Origin: Octopus vulgaris
Lineage: Eukaryota
Length of the DNA stretch: 64,000 nucleotides
Direction of reading: 5' to 3'
NCBI GenBank assembly: GCA_951406725.2
Contig: OX597819.1
Coordinates: 44,020,001-44,084,000, forward strand
Below, one piece after another: positions 54,715-64,000 of this stretch (positions are counted from its first letter, which is position 1; the number at the start of each line of letters is the position of its first letter). A program made the position numbers and the translations under genes. The notes under the pieces were generated by a model. It was given only the letters and a program-made list of their open reading frames with translations, had not been told where the DNA came from and searched no databases.

Positions 54715-55058
54715 AAAGGGGTAAAGACCCCCTTCGGTCATGAATGACCATGGGATTGCACCTAGAAAGTTATCCTCCTAGACACAAGTCCGGGCAAGGT
54801 TGTTTATGGAAGGCCAGCAGTCGCCCATGCATACCAGCCTCCCCTCTCCACGCCACCAGTGTTATCCAAGGGAAAGACAAAGGTCGATACAGCTTGGCAC
54901 CAGTGACGTCGCAGCTCATTTCTACAGCTGAGTGAACTGGAGCAACGTGAAATAAAGTGCCTTGCTCGAGAACACAACACGCAGCCCGGTCCGGGATTCG
55001 AGCTCACAACCTCACGATCGTAAGCTCGACGCTCTAACCACTGAGCCATGCGCCTTCA
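54715..55058 (-). mobile_element. tRNA-derived CORE-type SINE with RTE-like 3' hairpin (family C)
   Basis: Minus: GGCGCATGGCTCAGTGGTTAGAGCG...CGAATCCC, CORE-like block, tail CCCATGGTCATTCATGACCGAAGGGGG. A tail homolog lies at ~22700-22820. Confidence 0.88.
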
Positions 55059-55064
55059 CTTGTA

Positions 55065-55273
55065 CGTTCTGACAACGGTAATATATTACCAGAACAATAT
55101 ATTAATAAATATAAATGCAATGAATAGTGGATATTGAATCAACAGCAAATACTAAAACGCACACTAACGTCTATAAAACTTTTTCTACAACCGTGGAAAA
55201 GCTGCATAACTGAACTCCCGAACGAGAGACCAAAGAGTTGGATACTATTATACTAGTTACCGTTGTCAGAACG
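55065..55273. mobile_element. Small TA-flanked MITE
   Basis: Perfect inverted repeat TGTACGTTCTGACAACGGTAA (55061-55081) / TTACCGTTGTCAGAACGTACA (55257-55277). Confidence 0.75.
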
Positions 55274-56089
55274 TACATTATGCATATGTTTAGAAGAAAC
55301 AACGTAAAACCAAATGAGGCAGCGAATTGGCAGAGATATCAGCGCATTGAATAGAATAGTTCGCGGTATTTGTTCCAACTCTCTGCACACTGAGGTCAAA
55401 TCCTACCGAGTTCAACTTCGCTCTTCATCGTTACAAGGTAGATTAGCGGAGCTGTTTGATGCTCCGACATATACCTTACGAGATCTACTCCGGCTCTTTG
55501 CGTTCGGATAGCAACACCTGCTCCTAAAACTGATTCCAAGCTGTATCCACCTGAGTCAGCATCTTTTCCCTTGGGTAAACATCCGTAGCTTGGAAGTGGA
55601 AGACTTGGAACTGATAACTTTCAGTTTTCCTAAAAGACAATCGCGCTCACGCCTGTGCATATATGTACATATGCATGGTCAACCTTGAAGACAGAGACAC
55701 TCTTGTTGTAAAAACCAAATGGAAATATCGAAATATCGAACGGGCTTGCATCATCAAGGAAAAGTTCTTGTAGTCAGGAAAAGTTCTTGGCAGAAAACTA
55801 TAAGTCTATTGATTACTTGAATATTATATATTAGCTTTACACAATCTGTTTAAACCATTTCCTTCAGAGCCATTGGGAATCTAATAAAGTAATGACTGAC
55901 AAGCAGACAAGTGGAAAGAATGGAATGTATGTGTGTGTGGGCGGGGGTGCATGTTGAATAATTTCTAACTAAAAAAATAGATGTGCCGTCGGAAGCTAAA
56001 AAGATAATAAATGCCACAGAAACACTTTGACTGTACGACTTGATTACAAAATAGAAACTTGATTCTATATCATACTCATAGTCGTTGGA

Positions 56090-56156
<67 letters not shown>

Positions 56157-56245
56157 TTAGGGTAGCAAAAAAAATTAGAAAAATCCTTTGCTACCAGTGG
56201 TCTAGCGAGAAGACAAAAACTAGTCAATAGACTATATATTATTCA

Positions 56246-56440
56246 TATAAAAATAGTGTACATTTAAACTCATAAGAGATAGCCATAACAGGACATCTGA
56301 CTAGCTAGACAGAGTAGTTAAACTACAAACTACAAATTACAACTATTAGTGGTTTGTAGTTTAACTACTCTTTCTAGCGAATCAGATGTCCTGTTATGGC
56401 CACCTCTTATGTGTTTAAATGTACACTGCATTTTTGTATA
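56246..56440. repeat. Foldback palindrome, arms ~85 bp, loop ~20 nt
   Basis: agtgtacatttaaac...gccataacaggacatctga...agagtagttaaactacaaac is mirrored on the right arm with few mismatches. Confidence 0.9.
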
Positions 56441-56639
56441 TATATATATTTTAGCGACAGAGGAAGTATTAATACAGCGAGGTAATGTTTCTATCTCCAC
56501 TTAAACGTGGATGTTCTTTAATAAACTATACTACGGTAGATACCATGAAAGAAACTCTCATATTGGCGTCTGGTACAAAATGCACTCTTGTTTTTATCAC
56601 TTGCAATGAAATAAATTCCCACCATCTCCAGTACCGAGA

Positions 56640-56941
56640 CCACAAGGTCACGTGATTTCGACCGCTAGAGATGACAGCCACTCATTTCCCCTCCAGCAAT
56701 ATATGGAAAAAAAAGTGTCAGAACAAGTGTTGATGTCGTGATCAGCCAATGAGCTTGTTAAAATATATATAGCGATAGAAACAGGAGTGCATTTTATACC
56801 AAACGCCAATATGAGAGTTTCTCTCGTGATAACTACCGCAGTATAGCTTGTTCTAACAGAACATCTACGTTTAAATTGGGATAAATATTTTCTCTCGGTT
56901 GTTGGAGTGTCTGCACTTGGTAAAAGTACTGCCATTGAAAG
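56640..56941 (+). promoter_or_regulatory. Candidate Pol II promoter and non-coding first exon
   Basis: GGTCACGTGA (56646-55), CAGCCAATGAG (56743-53) and TATATATAG (56764-72) in canonical order in unique sequence, then donor AAG|GTATGC at 56942. Confidence 0.35.
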
Positions 56942-57479
56942 GTATGCAAAGATTCGACCAGTCATCCTTACCCTCGTAACCAAAAGCGCAATGATTGTCT
57001 CTAGTGTTATAAATCTTTCAAAATGAAAACCCAGAGACAACCAGTTTCAGTTTTTCTTTAATTTCGCATTGAATCCGAAAATGTTCAAATGTAAAAATCA
57101 CGGACTTATTTTTCCGTTGATCAAAATATTTATAATGGAAACATTTACAATGCTGAGAAACAGCTGGATTTATTAACATTATCAGATGATATGGCGATGG
57201 AATATGGCCAAAGGAAACATATATGTTTTAGAGTTGAACGGATAAATAATATAAAAAAAATTCTTTTCCAAATGAAAATACTATACATTATCCTATAGGC
57301 GTAGGAGTGACTGTGTGGTATGAACCACATGGTTCCGGGTTCAGTCCCACTTCGTGGCACCTAGGGCAAGTGTATTCTACTATAGCCTCGGGCCGGCCAA
57401 GCCTTGAGAGTTGATTTGGTAGACGGAAACTGAAAGAAGCCCGTCGTATATATGTATATATGTGTGTGTGTGTGTTTCC

Positions 57480-57925
57480 AACAAAGATACAAGGCTCCAT
57501 ATTTGGGATATAGTTAACACAGACAAATTCACATTTGGAACTTGAGAAAAGTCGTGCATATTTTTACTGTTCCGCTCACAGATTGGACTTGTAATTAGCT
57601 GGTCGATTTCTCTGTCTGAAAACCCCAGTTCATCTAGATTCTCCTTTAAGCATTTACTAACAAAACCTAGTGGTTCAATTGTTATTCGTATGAATATGAA
57701 TTCATAGTCTGGATATAGAAACTGGAGGTTTCGGAGCAGTTGTCCATAGATATCCTCTTTTTCTTTGATTTTCAAAGAAATATTTACATCTGCAGGGCAA
57801 CTGACCTCTATGATAGTACATACCTTTGCCCTTCTGTCCCAAACAACAATATCCGGCCTGTTATGTTTACATTTGGCAGACGTTTTGATGGGAATATTCT
57901 ACCAGTATTTTTTGAGTTGGTGTTT
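57480..57925 (-). mobile_element. RLE-type non-LTR retrotransposon 3' fragment (third family), abutting a 5' half SINE A (57298-57480)
   Basis: YW*NIPIKTSAKCKHNRPDIVVWDRRAKVCTIIEVSCPADVNISLKIKEKEDIYGQLLRNLQFLYPDYEFIFI carries the RPD..E..K pattern of restriction-like endonucleases. Confidence 0.85.
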
Positions 57926-58255
57926 ATGAATCTATGTATATATATATGCATACATGTATGTATGGTATGTATGCATTCATGTATGCATGTCTATATGCAT
58001 GTATGCATGTTTATGTATGTATGTATATATGTATATATGGGGAGAATTCACGAAAAAAACAAAAGACGAAGACAGGTGGTGTAGAAAACAAACAGATGTA
58101 TTAGTATAACGCTCGTATATATGTATATATGTATGTATGTATGTATGTATACATGTATATATGTATATATGCTTATATGTATTCATGTACGCATGTACGT
58201 ACGTATGTTTATATATGTGAACCCATGCATGTATGTATATCTGTATGCATGCATG

Positions 58256-58291
<36 letters not shown>

Positions 58292-58599
58292 TGTATGTAT
58301 GTATGTATGTATGTATGTATGCATGCATGTATGTAAGTAAGCATGGACAATAGCTTTCTCTTTGGACATGTGTCTATGGAATTGTAAATCCAAAAGGTCA
58401 ATCTGCTTCATTCTGTAAATTATTTTTATTCCTTCACTGTTCTTTGCTTTTCCTTCCATTTTTCAATTTTTTTCTGTTTTTTTTTTTTTTCAATTTCATT
58501 TATTTCCTTCCTTTAATTTGATTTCTGCTTTTATTTCTTTTTGTTTTTTTGTTTCTTCTCAAGAATTTATTTGACTTTTTTATACACTAACCCAAACCT

Positions 58600-59100
58600 C
58601 CATCTTCTCTCTTTCTCATTCGCCTCCCTCCTCTCTCTCTCTCTCTCTCACTTTTTTCTCACTCTGACATTTCCCTCTCTCTACTCCCGTCTTTCTCCTT
58701 TTTCTCTCTCTCTCTCTCTCCCTCCCTCTCTCTCACTCTCTCTCTCTCTCTCACTCTCTCTCTCTCACTCTCTCTCTCTTTCTGTTTCACTTTTTCGTTT
58801 TTCACTCTTTCTGAGAATTCCCCTCCCCACTCCCGTCTTTCGCTGTTGTCTCTCTCTCCTCTCTCTTTCCTTTAATTTCCCCTCTCTCTCCTCTATCTTT
58901 CTCTCTACTCCCATGTTTCTCCTTTGTCTCTCTCTCCCTCTCTCTCTCTCTTTTTCGCTTTTCACACTTTCTGAGAATTCCCCTCTCCCCTCCCGTCTTT
59001 CTCTGTTGTCTCTCTCTCCTCTCTCTCTTTCCTTTCATTTCCCCTCTCTCTCTCCTCTATATTTCTATTCACTCTCTCCCTCCTTCCTCTCTCCTAATTT
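58600..59100. repeat. CT-rich tract with ~163-bp-period tandem duplication
   Basis: ctttctgagaattcccct...tcccgtcttt block at ~58807 and ~58967. Confidence 0.9.
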
Positions 59101-59579
59101 ATATATACTTCTCCCCGCTCGACACATCCAACGCCACTTCCCTAGCTTTCTACGCCTTTCATTTCATTTCGCTTTGTTATATATCTCTGTGAAAACTACA
59201 TCTGGGCAGCTCATTAGTACGTAGACCGACTAACTGAAGACCGATGAAATAAACCTTCTGTCCGGCTCTGGGCTGTATCCTTGGCAAAGACACTTCACCT
59301 TCCCACTCACACTTTCCTACATTTATATAGAAACTATACAGTAAAAGGACTAAGGCAGTTCAACGCTAAACGATATTGATTACCATTGTTTTTTAGAACA
59401 GTTGTTCGTTAGCAAGGTTCCTTGTTGCTGTTAGTGCACAACAGAACTCAAGTGTCAGTCATATTAACTATCAGCGTGAGAATAGCTACATCATTATTTC
59501 CAGTGATAAAACGGTCATGTACAGTAAGATAGGGGTTGTTGATGGTTGACAGGGTAGAATAAAAAATCCCTTGTGAACA

Positions 59580-60345
59580 ATAAATCCCTTGTAGTTCATC
59601 TTACGTTTTGAGTTAAATCCCCGCTAAGGTGAATTTTTTTGCCTTCCATCCTTTCGGTATCGGTAAAATATAGTAATAGCCTAGTATTGGGCATTGAATC
59701 CCGTCAACTAATTCCTTCCTCTAAAATTTATGGCCTTGTGCCCTTTTAAAAAATAATCTCGTTGAGGTTGATAAAATAAGGCACTAGTCAATTATTCCGG
59801 TTAATGATATCAACTCTTCACCCAATATCAAAGTTACTGGTCTGGCGCCTAAATCAAAAACCAAGGCGGCGAGCTGGCAGAAACGTTAGCACGCCGGGCG
59901 AAATGCGTAGCCGTATTTCGTCTGCCGTTACGTTCTGAGTTCAAATTCCGCCGAGGTCGACTTTGCCTTTCATCCTTTCGTGGTCGATTAAATAAGTACC
60001 AGTTACGCACTGGGGTCGATATAATCGATTTAATCCGTTTGTCTGTCCTCGTTTGTCCTCTCTGTGTTTAGCCCCTTGTGAGTAGTAAAGAAATAGGTAT
60101 TTCGCGCGTCGCTACGTTCTGAATTCAAATTCTGGCCAGGTGGCAGAATTGTTAGCTCGCCGGGTGATATGTTTAGCGGCATTTCGTCCGCCTTGACGTT
60201 CTGGGTTCAAATTTCGCCGCGATCTACTTTGCCTTTCATCCTTTCGGCGTCGATAAATTAAGTACCAGTGAAACGCTGAGGTTGATGTAGTTGACTATCC
60301 TCCTCCCCCAAATTTCAGGCCTTGTGCAATAGTAAAAAGGATTAT
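59580..60345 (+). mobile_element. Cluster of 4-5 co-oriented family B SINEs, including a young copy at 59863-60097
   Basis: Match the family B pattern. Confidence 0.88.
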
Positions 60346-61079
60346 TAAATTAATTCTGTTTATTGACGTTTCTGCCGTTTACCGATGTCTTACGAAGCTT
60401 CTCGAGGATTTTGAATTGTTTTTCCAAGTACAACTCATGTACAACTTAATCCATTTTTAAAAATTTTTTATAATATTCTACAGAAAACTTCCTGGGATGT
60501 TTGGGACGTCTACATTCATAACAGAGAAATCAGTTGAATTGTTGCTTCTTTGCTAACACATATATTTTCCTAATCTTGTCTGACGGCTTCTTGGTAGAGA
60601 AACGCCCCATGAAAAAAAGAAGTGAATATGACGCAGGCGTGGCTGTGTTTTAAGAAGTTTGCAAGCGCAGGCATGCTTGTGTGGCAAGGGGCTTGTGTTA
60701 GGAAAGAAGCTTGTGTTTGCCTTATAGAAAGATACTATCTAAACTTTTTTGAGCTACTGTTAATCAGAATTTTTTTGTCACATCATGAGAGATACATTGT
60801 CTTTGTTGGAAATTTATAATAATTAAAAAATAGAAGAGGCATGCATACATTCATATATACATACAATTACTCCACGCGGATTGCAAGTGTAGATTTATAT
60901 TCGTTAATATTGGGGCACTAGGATATGTAACTAACTGCCTCTACACCAAAACTGAGAAATTAGGGGTCTCAAAACCAAAAAGAAAAAAAGCTAATTAGAA
61001 GGCTACAGATACAAGCCATCAGTGGAAGTGTCAAAATATGAATAACTTCCAAAAAGTTTTACATATTATAACATATCTC

Positions 61080-61600
61080 TTATGTTTTACGTGTTTGAGT
61101 CATTAGACTGCGGACATGTTGGATCACCGCCTTCAAGGATTATAGTCGAACTAATTGATCCCAGTATTTATTTTTTATTTATAAGCTTAGTACTGCTTGT
61201 TTTGCCGAACCGTTAAGTCACGGAGACGTAGACACACCAACACCAGTTGTCAAGCGGTGATGGGAGACACACATACACCATACACACACTCACATACACA
61301 CACGCAAACACACAGACACATGCACACACACATACATACACACACAAAAATACAGACACACAGAAACACACTGACACACACTCACTCACACACAAACACA
61401 GACACACACATACACACACAAACACACAGACACATAAGCACACACACATATATCTCCATACACATATTGGCAACAGGCTTCTTTTAGTTTCCGTCTTCCA
61501 AATCTACTGACAAGGTTTTGGTCGGCCCGAGTCTTTAGTAAAAGACGCTTGCACACAGTATCTCGTAGGCAGGAAGCAAGCTTCTTGACACAGTCATTCT
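61080..61600 (-). mobile_element. SINE family A (old, expanded (CA)n); another at ~61880-62250
   Basis: Reverse-complement match. Confidence 0.8.
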
Positions 61601-63211
61601 ATAAAAATTTCCACTTTAGCTGAAAAGTTTGATTACTGACGAAGAAATCATTGTTTCCTTAAGCAATTCGTCGGAGTAATACAAAGAAAGGACAAAATTA
61701 ACAATTATACAGATATTCAGAAATATACATATATAGCCATGCTGTATTTCGTTTGTACTTAAAGACACTTATTGTAGAATTGATCATGCGTACTTAAGAC
61801 CATACTTATGAACGGCACATTTGAAACTTTGTCCTAAAATTAAACTTCAAACGAATAATTCAATTCTTTCCTTGTTTTCTCTCTTTTATCTTTTACTTGT
61901 TTCAGTCATTGGACTGCGGCCCTGCTGGGGCACCGTCTTAAAGAATTTAGTCGAAACAAAACATTTCCAGTACTTATTCATTTTAAAGCCTTGTGCTAAT
62001 TCTACCGATTTATCATTCCGAGCCGTTAAGTTACCGGAACATAAACAGACCAACGCCAGTTGTCAAACAGTAAGGGGACAAACACAAGACAGAAACACAT
62101 ACACACGCACGCGTGCAAATACACATACTTTTATATGACGGACTTCACACACTTTCCGTTTACGAAATTCTCTTACAGGGCATTGATCGATTCGGAGCTA
62201 TAGTAGGAGACGTTGTTGAAAATAGCGTGCAGTGGGGTTGCTTCTTAAGCAATCGAGATGGTGATATATTGTAAATTGCTTTAGTTCAAATTCCTCCAAT
62301 TATAGGTTTTCTTATATAACAAGAAAAAAACTCTCTTGATTGCAGATAAAAAAAACGACCCAGAGAATATAGGTTCGACCTCTCTGTAAAATTAGATCCC
62401 TGGAATGTCTGTAATGATCATTTATGAAGGATTAATTAGTAACTCAAAGACGTAAAAATATTGTCCGTCGTAGACATGGCTATTCCGTCGCCAAAGAATA
62501 ACTGGCATTTAGCAGCGTGACAGATCCTCGTTTCATGATTATATCAAAAGGGCAAGTTTTAACATACACCTACATTCACACATCCAGGCACAGTGAGGAT
62601 CTGTAAGATATCCCCCAAATTCTTCATCTGGGATTATTGTTATCTGACTAGATGCACACACTTGGGTGTATGCATCGACGGTTCAACCAACACACCAACT
62701 TAACGACATATTTACAAACACTGGGAACTCTGTTACTTCAAAAAGCCTTGTCGTTTTGTAAACGACCGGCTTGAACACTCAAGAAGAACTTAAATAAAAC
62801 ATACATACACACATACTCACATACATACATACACATACATACACACATACATACACACATATATACATACACACATGCACACATACACACGTACATACAC
62901 ACATACATACACATACATGCATACACATATACAAACACACATACATACACACATACATACATACACACACATACATACATACACACATACACACGTATAT
63001 TCATGTATAGATACATAGACACGTACGCACATACATACATACACATATACATACATACACAAATTCATACATACACACATACACACATACATACATACAT
63101 ACATACATACACATGCAGACATACATACATACATACATACATACACATACACGTATACATACATGCACACACACACACATACATACATACATACATACAT
63201 ACATACATACA

Positions 63212-63245
<34 letters not shown>

Positions 63246-63269
63246 CATACATACATACATACATGCATA

Positions 63270-63510
63270 CATTCAAAAATACCCTGTTGTTGCTGTTTAA
63301 ATTCCAATGAAAGAGCGTTGAATCTAGCTTAGAAACCGGTTCTTTGTCCATTGGCAAGAAATCTTGAAATATACTGAATAATGATATACATACATACAAA
63401 AATACTCTGTTGATGTCGTTGAAATTCCAATGAAGAAGCCTTGGATGTATGTTAGAAACCTGCTCTTTCTCTATTGCCAAGAAATCTTGAAATATAACTG
63501 AATAATTATG
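63270..63510. repeat. Diverged ~126-bp tandem duplication
   Basis: caaaaatac.ctgttg.tg...ttagaaacc.g.tcttt...caagaaatcttgaaatata occurs twice. Confidence 0.85.
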
Positions 63511-64000
63511 CATATTATTGGTGCAACAGGATACGTACCAACCCGTCTGGAGCAAAATATAGCTAAGCTTGGGATCCTGAGGAGAGAATGAAAATCCTTA
63601 CTGTAGAAATAACCACGATATCAGGGACTATAAACATCTACAAGACCCTCTTAACAATTAAAAGATGGTTATGAAATCAAGATGTTTCTCTTACCGACTT
63701 TGCTAACATCCCAATTTACTCTAAATTAAAAAGAGAATACAAACATACATACACACACATATACGTACATATATCCATGCTTATATATACTTATATGTAC
63801 AGTATATATGTATGGGATTGCTCAAAATTTTATTCCCACCCACTTCTATGTTTAAGTAATTTCTTATACTTTAGTTCGAAGATAAGTTCCAAAAGCCACT
63901 TTCCCTACTACGTTGCTAGATTTTTTAAATCTGTACGGAAATTTAGTTATGTACATATGCATACACATGTATATGAATGTATATTTATGTGTGCATACAT

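Noticed and set aside
56648-57040. 130-aa minus-strand ORF
   Set aside because: Non-ATG start, no recognisable domain and no splice signals.

Overview
AT-rich, repeat-dense animal DNA, most likely a coleoid cephalopod (Octopus-like). That assignment is an inference from the tRNA-derived CORE-type SINEs and the very high microsatellite load. Almost all ORFs in the supplied track are translations of (TA)n, (CA)n, (TATG)n, (TAA)n or (TCTA)n repeats or of SINEs. The only host-gene signal I can support is the 3' end of an unidentified + strand gene in the first ~11 kb: a 123-nt phase 1-1 exon (754-876), a 9-nt microexon with strong splice sites (1417-1425), several candidate terminal exons (6148, 8647, 8723) and a 3'UTR-like tract. 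The rest is transposon-derived or non-coding. It includes an internally deleted DD41D Tc1/mariner element, three RLE-endonuclease (R4/Dong-like) LINE 3' fragments, a (TAA)n-associated non-coding element fused or adjacent to two of them, and an L1/Tx1-like ORF1 relic. It also holds three Penelope-type minimal hammerhead motifs, piggyBac-like and pogo-like MITEs, a Helitron-like element, about 35 SINE copies, several foldback structures and a candidate promoter near 56.7 kb. No complete gene, rRNA, true tRNA or CRISPR array was seen. All calls were made by eye and repeat boundaries are approximate.
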